From an uncultured Alphaproteobacteria bacterium (lineage in GTDB: Bacteria > Pseudomonadota > Alphaproteobacteria > Pelagibacterales > Pelagibacteraceae), in assembly GCA_903869725.1 (NCBI GenBank), contig CAIQAD010000038.1, positions 11,101-75,100 on the forward strand: 64,000 bases of DNA, read 5' to 3'. The notes under the pieces were generated by a model that worked only from the letters and a program-made list of their open reading frames with translations, made no database searches and was not told where the DNA came from. How positions within the stretch are numbered: the first letter of the stretch is position 1; each line of letters opens with the position of its first letter. A program made the position numbers and the translations under genes. Positions 28,575 to 38,336 of this stretch are shown here, piece by piece.

Positions 28575-28600
28575 GGCCCAGAGGGGGATCTGGGCCTTTT
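28575..28600. terminator. bidirectional rho-independent terminator
   Basis: ggcccaga-ggggga-tctgggcc is a perfect 8-bp GC-rich stem. It is flanked by an A-run upstream and a T-run downstream, and lies between the convergent hydrolase and amtB genes. Confidence 0.85.
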
Positions 28601-28640
28601 AATCTTTTAGGGAAAAACCTAAAAAGAGATCGTTAACTAA

Positions 28641-29924
28641 TTAAGCAATTGTTTCGCCGTGATGAGCTAAGTCTAAGCCTTCTCTCTCCTCAGCATCTGT
28701 CGCTCTAATGCTAGTAAACAATCCAACTACTTTAATAACTACGTAAGTCATAACTCCGCTATATACCAAAGTTAAAACAACGCCGATTAACTGTAATTTG
28801 ATTTGAGCAACGTTTCCTTCAAGAGCTCCTGCAGTTCCGCCAATAGCTTTTACTGCAAATACTCCTGTTAGAATTGCGCCTAATATTCCGCCGCAGCAAT
28901 GAACACCGAAAACATCTAATGCGTCATCATAACCGATTGCATTTTTAAGTTTTGCAGATGTTAAATAACATACGATACCAGCAGCAAGTCCGATAAAAAA
29001 CGCTCCACTTGGGCCAACGAATCCAGAAGCTGGAGTAATCGCAACTAATCCTGCAACTGCGCCAGAACACATACCAACTAAACTTGGTTTGTTTTCTCCT
29101 GTTAACCATTCAATTATCATCCAAGTAGCTGCAGCAACGGCTGTAGCAAGTTGCGTTACCAACATCGCCATACCAGCATTTCCATTTGCAGCAACTGCTG
29201 AACCAGCGTTGAAGCCAAACCAACCTACCCACAGCAACGATGCGCCAATCATGGTGTATCCAACATTATGCGGTTTAACTTTGGCTTTTCTTTTACCAAG
29301 AACTAAACAAAGCACTAATGCTGCAATACCAGAATTAATGTGCACTACAGTTCCGCCAGCGTAATCTAGTACGCCTAAAGTATTTAAATAACCATTACCC
29401 CAAACCATGTGAGCAACTGGTGCGTACACTACGATGCTCCAAATCGTTATAAAAAAGAATAACGCTTTGAAACTAATACGTTCAACAATTGATCCACAAA
29501 TTAAGGCTACAGTGATAATTGCAAAAGTTAATTGGTAGCAAAAGAATACTGTCTCAGGAATTGTAGTATTTAAATCTCCAATACCTATTCCTTTAAGCAA
29601 TACTCTTGAAGTAGATCCAATAAATCCACCTTTTGCTCCGTCCATGAATGCTAAAGAATATCCACAAACATACCAAGTAATTGTAACGACAGCAGTAATC
29701 ATGAAAGATTGACTTAACGTCGACACAAGATTCTTTTTGCCAACTAATCCACCGTAAAATAAAGCAAGACCTGGAATTGTCATTAAAAGTACAAGCGCTG
29801 TACTAGTTAACATCCATGCTGTATCGCCAGGATTTAATACTGGCTTTGGTGCATCAGCTGCGAATACTGTTGTTGTTTGAAATAAAACAACCGCTAAGAT
29901 TAAAAGTCTATTAAATATTTTCAT
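28641..29924 (-). CDS. amtB: ammonium transporter
   Basis: 427 aa. Signal peptide, DTAWMLTSTALVLLMTIPGLALFYGG, DYAGGTVVHINSG and GVHCCGGILG are Amt family signatures. Confidence 0.95.
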   Translation of the reverse strand: MKIFNRLLILAVVLFQTTTVFAADAPKPVLNPGDTAWMLTSTALVLLMTIPGLALFYGGLVGKKNLVSTLSQSFMITAVVTITWYVCGYSLAFMDGAKGGFIGSTSRVLLKGIGIGDLNTTIPETVFFCYQLTFAIITVALICGSIVERISFKALFFFITIWSIVVYAPVAHMVWGNGYLNTLGVLDYAGGTVVHINSGIAALVLCLVLGKRKAKVKPHNVGYTMIGASLLWVGWFGFNAGSAVAANGNAGMAMLVTQLATAVAAATWMIIEWLTGENKPSLVGMCSGAVAGLVAITPASGFVGPSGAFFIGLAAGIVCYLTSAKLKNAIGYDDALDVFGVHCCGGILGAILTGVFAVKAIGGTAGALEGNVAQIKLQLIGVVLTLVYSGVMTYVVIKVVGLFTSIRATDAEEREGLDLAHHGETIA

Positions 29925-30262
29925 TATAGCGCTTTCTCTCCTTTCTCACCTGTTCTAATTCGAATAACTTCAGTTAAAGAAGTTACAAATATTTTACCAT
30001 CTCCAATATTTCCTGTTTTTGCAGCCTTTTGTATTGCTTCAAGAACAGCTTTTAATTTTTTAGAAGATGTAGCTATTTCTAATTTAGTTTTTGGAAGAAA
30101 CGCCACTTCGTATTCAGAACCACGATAAAATTCTGTATGACCTTTCTGCCTCCCATAACCTTTGACATCTGACATTGTTAAACCTTGAATGCCGATTTTG
30201 TTAAGAGCTTTCTTAACGTTATCAGCTTGTTCTGGCTTAACTACCGCAGTTACCAGTTTCAT
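29924..30262 (-). CDS. glnK: nitrogen regulatory protein P-II
   Basis: 112 aa. MKLVTAVVKP, the T-loop GYGRQKGHTEFYRGSEY and GDGKIFV. Overlaps amtB by 1 nt. Confidence 0.95.
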   Translation of the reverse strand: MKLVTAVVKPEQADNVKKALNKIGIQGLTMSDVKGYGRQKGHTEFYRGSEYEVAFLPKTKLEIATSSKKLKAVLEAIQKAAKTGNIGDGKIFVTSLTEVIRIRTGEKGEKAL

Positions 30263-30441
30263 AGTACTCCATAAGTTATAAACCCTTATCTCTACCTAAA
30301 TTTAAAATAAAGGTAGCCTGCTTAGGTTTAATTATAGCAGTTCAAACAATTAACTGTTCGATAACAAACAATTTTCTAAATTTATAATGACGATTCAATG
30401 ATTCAGTTATGACCAAAATGCATGGGGATAATAAAAGAGCT

Positions 30442-30729
30442 TTATTTTTTTGCGTTTTTAGAAAAATGATCTAATTTTTTTGAAAAATCCTCAACTATGG
30501 CTAGAAGATTTTTTCCATCTTCCGTAAGATCTACACCTTTATTATTTCTAGCTAAAACTTTTGTTTTTATATCGTATTCAAGATCAATTACTGCTCTTGA
30601 AAAGGTTGATTGAGATTTATTCTCAATTTTTGAAGCACTCATAAAACTTCCAGCTTTAGCAACTTTATAAAAAGTTTTTAACTTTTCCCAATTCATAAAG
30701 TATTTTTTAAATGAAATATTCATAACCAA
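30442..30729 (-). CDS. LysR-family HTH domain-only protein (no effector-binding domain; possible gene remnant)
   Basis: 95 aa from a TTG start; ATG alternatives lie at 30723 and further in. WEKLKTFYKVAKAGSFMSASKIENKSQSTFSRAVIDLEYDIKTKVLARNNKGVDLTEDGKNLL is a LysR winged HTH plus linker helix, and the ORF then stops. The 179 nt before glnK is too short to hold the missing ~200 aa. Confidence 0.6.
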   Translation of the reverse strand: MVMNISFKKYFMNWEKLKTFYKVAKAGSFMSASKIENKSQSTFSRAVIDLEYDIKTKVLARNNKGVDLTEDGKNLLAIVEDFSKKLDHFSKNAKK

Positions 30730-30847
30730 CTAATGCAATCTAAGAACACGAGTTATGCGAATTTTCTATAAAAGATATAAATTATCCTTTGTTTGCCTTA
30801 AAAATTACCCCTAGTGATTTGAAACGAATAACCATAATTAGTAAATT

Positions 30848-30991
30848 ATGACTAAAACTTTAATAGATATAATTTTTTTTGGATTAATACTTGTAGTTAT
30901 TTTTTATTTGAGAAAAAATAAAAAATCAAAAATTAAAGAATTAATTAAAGATCCACGGACAGGCATCTTTAAAGATAGACAAGAAAACTAA
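30848..30991 (+). CDS. candidate 47-aa single-TM protein
   Basis: My translation is MTKTLIDIIFFGLILVVIFYLRKNKKSKIKELIKDPRTGIFKDRQEN. One clean TM helix is followed by a basic tail. No SD. Too short for the ORF track. Confidence 0.3.
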   Translation: MTKTLIDIIFFGLILVVIFYLRKNKKSKIKELIKDPRTGIFKDRQEN

Positions 30992-30998
30992 TTGTTAC

Positions 30999-32261
30999 TT
31001 AAGATCTATAATCTGCATTAATTGCAATATATTCTGCATTAAAATCGCAAGTGTATGCGGTAAATTTACCTTTGCCTAAGTTTAAATTTACATCAAATAA
31101 AATATTATCTCCTAACATGTAATTTTTTACTTTTTCTTCATTATAACTTGGGGCAATCATTCCGTATTTTGTAATTAGAAAATCACCAATTTTAATTTCA
31201 ATTTTCTCTTTTTTTACTTTTTCATTAGTTTTACCAATCGCCATTAAAATTCTTCCCCAATTTGGGTCTGAACCAGCGGCGGCTGTTTTGACTAATGGCG
31301 AGTTTGCAATGGACATTGCAACTTCTTTTGCTGAATTATTATTACTTGCACCGGTTACGTTAACAGTGATAAATTTTTTTGCACCTTCACCATCAAGCAC
31401 CACCTGTTTAGCAAGATCTAGCATCACTTCGTTTAAAGCTTTTTCAAATTTTTTAGCTGCCGGTGAATTGATGTCTTTAATTTCTCTATTTTTTGCTTTT
31501 TGAGTAGAAAATAACAAAACCATATCGTTTGTAGATGTATCGCTATCTACGGTAATTGCGTTAAAAGTATTTTCAACATTTCTCTTTAGCATTTGATTTA
31601 AAACTGTTTGAGATATTTTGACATCAGTAAAAATAAATCCAAACATCGTTGCCATATTAGGCGCAATCATTCCTGCACCCTTTGCAATACCTGCAATATT
31701 TATAAAATCTGAAGAAGACTGAACTACTGCACAACTCATTTTTGCAAATGTATCTGTTGTTATAATAGCTAGCGCTTGTTTAATCCAAGAAAGTTTTATA
31801 GGTCTTTTTAATTTTTCAATTAATTCAGGAACTACAGATTTTATTTTTTGTAGAGGAAACGGTTGTCCGATAACACCAGTTGACGCAAATAAGATTTCTT
31901 TTTCTTTAATTTTTCTAGTGCTTATGAAAAGTTTTGATAATTCGATAATACTATCTAATCCTTGTTTTCCAGTAAATGCATTTGCATTTCTAGTGTTTAC
32001 TAATAAAGCTTTTATATTTTTCTTGTTTGCTTTTATATTCCAATCAATACAAACAGATCTCGTTGAAGATTTTGTATAAACTCCTGAAAAAATTGCTCCA
32101 TCTTTAAAATAAAATAAACATACATCATCTCTTTTTGAATTATAAAGCCCAGCGCTAACAGCTGATATTTCCATACCCTCAATTGTTGGCATTTCAGAGT
32201 AATCTTTTATTTTTCCACCAGATACCTTTTTTTGAAAAAGGTTTTGAAATAACGAAGTCAT
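30999..32261 (-). CDS. argJ: bifunctional ornithine acetyltransferase / N-acetylglutamate synthase
   Basis: 420 aa. The autoprocessing region GMIAPNMATMFGFIFTD and the ArgJ C-terminus YIAINADYRS. Confidence 0.93.
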   Translation of the reverse strand: MTSLFQNLFQKKVSGGKIKDYSEMPTIEGMEISAVSAGLYNSKRDDVCLFYFKDGAIFSGVYTKSSTRSVCIDWNIKANKKNIKALLVNTRNANAFTGKQGLDSIIELSKLFISTRKIKEKEILFASTGVIGQPFPLQKIKSVVPELIEKLKRPIKLSWIKQALAIITTDTFAKMSCAVVQSSSDFINIAGIAKGAGMIAPNMATMFGFIFTDVKISQTVLNQMLKRNVENTFNAITVDSDTSTNDMVLLFSTQKAKNREIKDINSPAAKKFEKALNEVMLDLAKQVVLDGEGAKKFITVNVTGASNNNSAKEVAMSIANSPLVKTAAAGSDPNWGRILMAIGKTNEKVKKEKIEIKIGDFLITKYGMIAPSYNEEKVKNYMLGDNILFDVNLNLGKGKFTAYTCDFNAEYIAINADYRS

Positions 32262-32343
32262 GGGTATTTTATTTAATATTTTTTCAGTTATAAGATAGTT
32301 GTTAAGTTTATACTATTTAATTTATCTGAAATAATATCTCAAA

Positions 32344-34932
32344 ATGCTTAGTGGTTTAAACATTTTAAAAAAATTATTTAAAACTTCTAATGAGCGCAAG
32401 CTCATAGAAATTAAACCTATTGTTCAAAAAATTAATCTTTTAGAGCCTGAGTTTAAAAAATTAACAGATGAACAGATTAAACTTAAAACCCAGGAATTTA
32501 AGAATAGATTAAAAAATGGTGAAACTTTAGAAAAAGTTTTACCAGAAGCATTTGCATGTGTTCGCGAAGCAAGCAATAGAACTTTAGGTCAAAGACATTT
32601 TGATATGCAGCTTGTTGGTGGAATTATTTTGCATCAAGGAAAAATTGCAGAAATGCGAACTGGAGAAGGGAAAACTTTAGTTGCAACATTACCTGCTTAC
32701 TTAAATAGCTTAACCGGCAAAGGCGTTCATGTTGTGACAGTCAATGATTACCTTGCAAAAAGAGATTCGGAATGGATGGGTAAAGTTTACAATTTTTTAG
32801 GTCTTACTGTCGGATGTATAATTAATTCAATTGAAGATGATTTAAGAAAAACTCAGTATGCTTGTGACATTACTTATGGCACAAACAATGAATTTGGCTT
32901 TGATTATTTAAGGGACAATATGAAATACAGCGTCGAAGAAATGGTTCAACGCGATCACCATTTTTGTATTGTTGATGAAGTTGATAGTATATTAATTGAT
33001 GAAGCTAGAACTCCACTTATTATTTCAGGACCGACCTCTGACAATTCATCTCAATATTTTTTATGCAACCAACTCGTAACTCAATTACAAAATGAGCATT
33101 ACGAAGTAGACGAAAAAGATAAAAATTCTTTGCTTACTGAAAAAGGAATTGATTTTATTGAAGATAAATTAAGAAAAGTAAAATTACTTAAAGGTGATAA
33201 TTTTTACGACGCTCAAAATTTGTCCTTAGTACACCATATCAATCAATCTTTAAGAGCAAACAAACTTTTTACTAAAGATAAAGATTACATCGTAAAAGAT
33301 AATCAAATTTATATTATCGATGAATTTACTGGAAGAATTATGGAAGGACGCCGTTATTCCGATGGTTTACATCAAGCAATTGAAGCAAAAGAAGGCGTTG
33401 AAATTCAAAATGAAAACCAAACTTTAGCATCTATTACATTTCAAAATTATTTTAGATTATATAAAAAATTATCTGGAATGACTGGCACAGCAATGACAGA
33501 AGCTGAGGAGTTTTTTACTATTTATAAATTAGATGTAGTCGAAGTTCCAACTCACCGTCCGATGATTAGATTAGATTTGAATGATCGTATATTTAGAACA
33601 GAAAAAGAAAAATTTGAAGCTATTGTAGAAGAAGTCGTTAACGCTCATAAGCAGAAGCAACCAGTTTTAATTGGAACAACCAGCATTGAAAGATCAGAAT
33701 TAATATCAAAAATTTTAAAAAAAAATTCAATAAAACATAATGTTTTAAACGCAAAATTTCACGAACAAGAAGCTAGTATTATTGCTCAAGCAGGAAGATT
33801 AGGAGCAGTAACCATTGCAACAAATATGGCTGGTCGAGGAACAGATATTCAATTGGGTGGTAATTTAGATTTAAAAATAAAAGAAAGCAAAACCATTGAC
33901 CAGAATGAAATTGAAAAAATTAAACAATCTCATGAACAAGAAAAATCAGAAGTTCTAAATAATGGCGGATTATTTGTTATTGGGACAGAAAGACATGAGA
34001 GTCGGAGAATAGATAATCAATTAAGAGGACGTACTGGAAGACAAGGAGATAAAGGTAAATCTATTTTTTATTTAAGTTTGCAAGATGATTTAATGAGAAT
34101 CTTTGGCTCAGAACGAATGGATTTCATGTTACAAAAATTAGGATTAAAAGATGGAGAGTCAATTGATCATCCATGGATAAATAAAGCATTAGAAAAAGCA
34201 CAACAAAGAGTTGAGGGAAGAAATTTTGACATTAGAAAAACCTTATTACAATTTGATGATGTTATGAGCGATCAAAGAAGAGTAATCTTTGAACAGCGTT
34301 TAGCAGTTATTAAAAATCCAAATATTTATGAAGTGATTGATGATGTGTTTGACGATATTACAAAACAACTAATTAATTCAATTCAAGCAAGCAAAGGTGA
34401 TGCAACGCCTGAACATAACAAAACTCAAAAGATACAAGTTGAAAGAATATCTGGTGTTACAATTTCAGAACAAAATTTTAATCAATGGATGAACGATGGA
34501 ACAGATAAACAAATTAGATTTTTAAAAGATAATTTTAAACAAAAGAGAGATATTCGCATTCAATCGATTGGCGATGTTGCAAATCGAGATATTGAGAAGA
34601 GGATATTCTTACAGAATTTAGACTATGAATGGCGAAGTCATTTGCAATATCTTGAGCAGCTTCGTCAAGTTATTGGTCTTAGAGGATATGGACAAAAAAA
34701 TCCACTAGATGAATATAAAAGAGAAAGTTTTAATCTTTTCAGAGACTTACTAGAGAAAATAAAAGAAAATTTAATTTTATTCTTAGTAAATATTAAAGTT
34801 CAAGTAGAAGATAAAGTTGCACAAAAACCAACACTTAATGACCCAGATGAAAAAATTTCTAGAAATGCTTCTTGTCCTTGTGGCTCGGGTAAAAAATATA
34901 AGAATTGTTGCGGCTCTTTAACTAAAAATTAA
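32344..34932 (+). CDS. secA: preprotein translocase ATPase SecA
   Basis: 862 aa. Walker A MRTGEGKTL, the DEAD-like VDEVDSILIDEARTPLIISG, TNMAGRGTDI, and the C-terminal zinc finger CPCGSGKKYKNCCG. Confidence 0.97.
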   Translation: MLSGLNILKKLFKTSNERKLIEIKPIVQKINLLEPEFKKLTDEQIKLKTQEFKNRLKNGETLEKVLPEAFACVREASNRTLGQRHFDMQLVGGIILHQGKIAEMRTGEGKTLVATLPAYLNSLTGKGVHVVTVNDYLAKRDSEWMGKVYNFLGLTVGCIINSIEDDLRKTQYACDITYGTNNEFGFDYLRDNMKYSVEEMVQRDHHFCIVDEVDSILIDEARTPLIISGPTSDNSSQYFLCNQLVTQLQNEHYEVDEKDKNSLLTEKGIDFIEDKLRKVKLLKGDNFYDAQNLSLVHHINQSLRANKLFTKDKDYIVKDNQIYIIDEFTGRIMEGRRYSDGLHQAIEAKEGVEIQNENQTLASITFQNYFRLYKKLSGMTGTAMTEAEEFFTIYKLDVVEVPTHRPMIRLDLNDRIFRTEKEKFEAIVEEVVNAHKQKQPVLIGTTSIERSELISKILKKNSIKHNVLNAKFHEQEASIIAQAGRLGAVTIATNMAGRGTDIQLGGNLDLKIKESKTIDQNEIEKIKQSHEQEKSEVLNNGGLFVIGTERHESRRIDNQLRGRTGRQGDKGKSIFYLSLQDDLMRIFGSERMDFMLQKLGLKDGESIDHPWINKALEKAQQRVEGRNFDIRKTLLQFDDVMSDQRRVIFEQRLAVIKNPNIYEVIDDVFDDITKQLINSIQASKGDATPEHNKTQKIQVERISGVTISEQNFNQWMNDGTDKQIRFLKDNFKQKRDIRIQSIGDVANRDIEKRIFLQNLDYEWRSHLQYLEQLRQVIGLRGYGQKNPLDEYKRESFNLFRDLLEKIKENLILFLVNIKVQVEDKVAQKPTLNDPDEKISRNASCPCGSGKKYKNCCGSLTKN

Positions 34933-36024
34933 AGCTAAGATAAATAATACCACAATAGCAATAATCGTATAAATCAACTTAATATTATTTTGAAAAAGTA
35001 ACTTCCAATTAAAGGGCTGATACTGGATACGATTTTCAATATTTTCCATATAAAATTCCTCTTTTGGAAGCAAAACATCTTTACCTATACTTAAAAAACG
35101 ATTTTTTCTCTGATAAACCAGTTCATCAGGGGTCATTAAAATTAACTCTTTTAAATTTTTCTTTATACTTAAAGCAAGATTGATAGTTGCCGCTTCATGA
35201 TCGCGATGCGCTCCACCTCTTGGCTCTAAAATAATTTCATCTATAATTTTATTATCTAATAAATCTTTTGCAGATATTTTTAAAGCTGCTGCAGCCTCTT
35301 CAACTTTTTTTGCATTTTTCCACAATAGTTCGGCACAATCTTCGGGAGAAATAGGAGAATACATTGAATACTCAAGCATCAAAACTTTATTTGCTACGGC
35401 TAGTGCATTAGCACTATTTCCACTACCTTCTCCAATAATAACTGCAATAAGAGGTACTTTTAAATCTAAACTTACTTCAGTTAGTTTTGCAATAGACTCT
35501 GCTTGTCCTCTGTCTTCAGAACCTTTTGTAGGGTAAGGCCCTGGCGTGTCTATAAAAGTAATTACAGGAATATTTAGCCGTTCTGCATCTTTCATTAACC
35601 GAATGATTTTTCTAAAACCTTCAGGACGATTCATTCCGTAATTACTTATAATTTTTGACTCTGTATTATTTCCCTTTTCTTGACCAACAATAAGAACACT
35701 AACACCATCTAAAATTCCGTAACCGCTAATAACAGAATGGTCTTCTGCAAACATTCTATCCCCAGCTAAAGGAATAAAATCCGTAAAAATTTTTTTTGCA
35801 TAGTCTTTTGTTCTCGGTCTAGAGTCATGTCTTGCAACTTTAGTAATTTGGTAAGGAGTAAGATGGCTATAAACTTGATCTAGTAAATTATTAAGTTTTT
35901 TCTCATTTTCTACGACTAAAGGATTTGCAATGTCAGTTATTCCTTTGCTGATGTAAGGAGCTTTTAAAGATTCAATTTTTTGATCTAATATCCTGATGTC
36001 GTCTTCAAAATCTAAATAATTCAT
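34918..36024 (-). CDS. accA: acetyl-CoA carboxylase carboxyltransferase alpha subunit with a C-terminal hydrophobic extension
   Basis: 368 aa. The AccA core (ARHDSRPRTKDY, NYGMNRPEGFRK, TFIDTPGPYP, GEGSGNSANALA) is followed by about 53 extra residues ending LIYTIIAIVVLFILALIFS. Confidence 0.92.
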   Translation of the reverse strand: MNYLDFEDDIRILDQKIESLKAPYISKGITDIANPLVVENEKKLNNLLDQVYSHLTPYQITKVARHDSRPRTKDYAKKIFTDFIPLAGDRMFAEDHSVISGYGILDGVSVLIVGQEKGNNTESKIISNYGMNRPEGFRKIIRLMKDAERLNIPVITFIDTPGPYPTKGSEDRGQAESIAKLTEVSLDLKVPLIAVIIGEGSGNSANALAVANKVLMLEYSMYSPISPEDCAELLWKNAKKVEEAAAALKISAKDLLDNKIIDEIILEPRGGAHRDHEAATINLALSIKKNLKELILMTPDELVYQRKNRFLSIGKDVLLPKEEFYMENIENRIQYQPFNWKLLFQNNIKLIYTIIAIVVLFILALIFS

Positions 36025-36119
36025 AGAATTTTATATTTTTAAATGTAGAGAATTATTTCACAAGCATGAATTCAAAATCCAAAATATTATATTAAATTAA
36101 ACTTTTAATTGGCGTCTAA

Positions 36120-37400
36120 TTAAATCTTAACAAGATTTTTTCGCATTGGCTTTAAAATTGTAATAGCCATAAAAGATGCAATAAAATTCATTACAGCTGC
36201 AGTTACAAATACAGCATGCCAACTTCCTGTTGCTTGAGTCAGTAAGCTTGAGAAAGGAACTAATAATGCCGCGGTTCCTTTTGCTGTATAAAGCATTCCT
36301 GCATTTGTTGCTGCATAACGTGATCCAAATGTATCACCGCATGTTGCAGGGAATAGACTATAAATCTCACCCCATGCAAAAAATACTAGTCCTGATAATA
36401 CAACAAAAAATATAGGATTTGATCCATATTTATTTAATAGCAATATGCCTATCCCCTCTATTGCAAATGCGATGAACATAGTATTTTCCCTGCCAATATG
36501 ATCTGAGACCCATCCAAAAAAAGGTCTAGTTATTCCATTCAACACACGATCAATTGAAAGTGCAAATGTCAAAGCTGGTAATGTAATCCCTATGAGACTT
36601 ACTGGTATATCTGCAATTTTTAAATCTTTAGCAATCGGTGCTAACTGAGCTACTGCCATTAATCCTCCAGCAGCCATTAAGACAAACATTAAATACATGA
36701 CCCAAAAAATTGGTGAGAGCAAAACTTCTGTTGGTTTAAAGTTTTTTCCTAAATAATTTTTACTTTCTATATTTGTTTTTTGTTTTTCCACCTCTTCTTT
36801 ATTTGGTGTACTGAATCCAAATGAGCATAAAAATACAATTACGCCCTGGATGACTCCAAAATATAAAAATGCGGATTGATAACCTGAGGATTTGATAATC
36901 GCTGAAATAGGAATTATAGTTAAAGCAGATCCCATTCCAAAACCAGCTGCCGTCAAGCCAGCTGCTAAACCTCTACGATCTGGAAACCATTTTAATGCTT
37001 GACCAACACAAGTTCCATAAACAGCTCCAGCACCAATTCCACCAATTGTTTGTGCAAAATAAAGTTTAAAAAGTGTGTCAGCATACCCATTTAATGCCCA
37101 AGCAATACCAACTAAAATTCCACCCACCATAATTACTGGCTTTGGTCCTAATTTATCTACGATATAACCTTCAACAGGAACTAACCATGTTTCTGTTAAA
37201 ACAAAAATTGTAAATGCGAGTTGTATTGCGGCTTTACTCCAACCAAATTTTTCATTCATTGGATTAACAAAAAGAGTCCATCCGTATTGCATGTTTGCAA
37301 CCATTACCATGCACAAAATTCCTAAAAATAATTGAACCCAACGAAATGGAGCTCGTTTAGTTGGATAAATGACAGATTGTATTTCTTTGTCTAAGGCCAA
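36120..37400 (-). CDS. MFS transporter, oxalate:formate antiporter (OFA/OxlT-like) family
   Basis: 426 aa from a TTG start with AAGGA about 10 nt upstream. RWVQLFLGILCMVMVANMQYGWTLFVNP, KWFPDRRGLAAGLTAAGFGMG, TRPFFGWVSDHIGR and YTAKGTA parallel the OxlT sequence, including its substrate-binding Arg and Lys. Confidence 0.88.
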   Translation of the reverse strand: MALDKEIQSVIYPTKRAPFRWVQLFLGILCMVMVANMQYGWTLFVNPMNEKFGWSKAAIQLAFTIFVLTETWLVPVEGYIVDKLGPKPVIMVGGILVGIAWALNGYADTLFKLYFAQTIGGIGAGAVYGTCVGQALKWFPDRRGLAAGLTAAGFGMGSALTIIPISAIIKSSGYQSAFLYFGVIQGVIVFLCSFGFSTPNKEEVEKQKTNIESKNYLGKNFKPTEVLLSPIFWVMYLMFVLMAAGGLMAVAQLAPIAKDLKIADIPVSLIGITLPALTFALSIDRVLNGITRPFFGWVSDHIGRENTMFIAFAIEGIGILLLNKYGSNPIFFVVLSGLVFFAWGEIYSLFPATCGDTFGSRYAATNAGMLYTAKGTAALLVPFSSLLTQATGSWHAVFVTAAVMNFIASFMAITILKPMRKNLVKI

Positions 37401-37468
37401 ATGAGTTTTTCCTTTTTTTCATTTATGCCGATTAATAAAGTATTGGCAACACTCTTTATAATTGAAAT

Positions 37469-37497
37469 TTGACATAGCAGTTTTTGAGCAATATTCT
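37469..37497 (+). promoter_or_regulatory. sigma70-like promoter candidate for the FAH-panE-ligase-aceB run
   Basis: TTGACA (37469-37474), a 17-nt spacer, then TATTCT (37492-37497), about 18 nt before the ATG at 37515. Pattern match only. Confidence 0.35.
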
Positions 37498-37514
37498 TTT
37501 AAAAACTTTAAATA

Positions 37515-38297
37515 ATGATGAAATACTGCCGTTTTTTTAACAAAAAAACCTCCTCCATTATGTTTGGCATTTTAGGTCATGACGAAACTGAGATTGAAAT
37601 ATTACAAAATAATTTTTTTTACAGTCTAGAAAAAACTGGCAATCTTATAGCTAGAAGTGAAGTTGACTTACTTCATCCATGTGATCCTTCAAAATTTATT
37701 GGTTTATGGAATAATTTTCATGAACTTGCAAAACAACAAAATAATAAAATTCCAAATTCTCCTTTATATTTTATTAAAGGAAATAATTCTTACCTTAGTC
37801 CAAACCAAGATATTAAAATTCCAAAAAACAATGTTGGCAGAATTCTTTATGAAGGTGAACTTGGAATAGTCGTCGGTAAAATGGCAAAAGACATAACACC
37901 TCTTCAAGCCAAAGATCATATTTTTGGTTATACCTGTGTAAACGATGTAACTGCGATTGAAATTTTAAATCAAGATGATTCTTTTAAACAATGGACGCGC
38001 GCAAAAAGCTTTGACACTTTTGGACCTTTTGGTCCTTATATTGTAACTGATTTAGATTATAAAAATCTGACAATCAAAACTTCTATCAATGGACGAGAAC
38101 GACAAAGCTATGCAGCTGCAGATATGATTTTTAATCCTGAACAAATTGTAAGCTTCATTTCTCATGATATGACTTTAAATCCTGGTGATGTCATTGCTTG
38201 TGGAACGTCGATTGGAGTATTGCCTATTAAATCAGGACAAACTGTCGAGGTTTATATTGAAGGTATTGGAAAATTGTCAAATCCTGTCAAAGATTGA
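37515..38297 (+). CDS. FAH family protein (FAHD1/oxaloacetate decarboxylase- or acylpyruvase-like)
   Basis: 260 aa. YEGELGIVVGK, FGYTCVNDVTA, AKSFDTFGPFGP and PGDVIACGTSIGV. Confidence 0.85.
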   Translation: MMKYCRFFNKKTSSIMFGILGHDETEIEILQNNFFYSLEKTGNLIARSEVDLLHPCDPSKFIGLWNNFHELAKQQNNKIPNSPLYFIKGNNSYLSPNQDIKIPKNNVGRILYEGELGIVVGKMAKDITPLQAKDHIFGYTCVNDVTAIEILNQDDSFKQWTRAKSFDTFGPFGPYIVTDLDYKNLTIKTSINGRERQSYAAADMIFNPEQIVSFISHDMTLNPGDVIACGTSIGVLPIKSGQTVEVYIEGIGKLSNPVKD

Positions 38298-38336
38298 AAT
38301 GTTTTTTGCTAATCAATATGCTATGAAATTCTCTTT

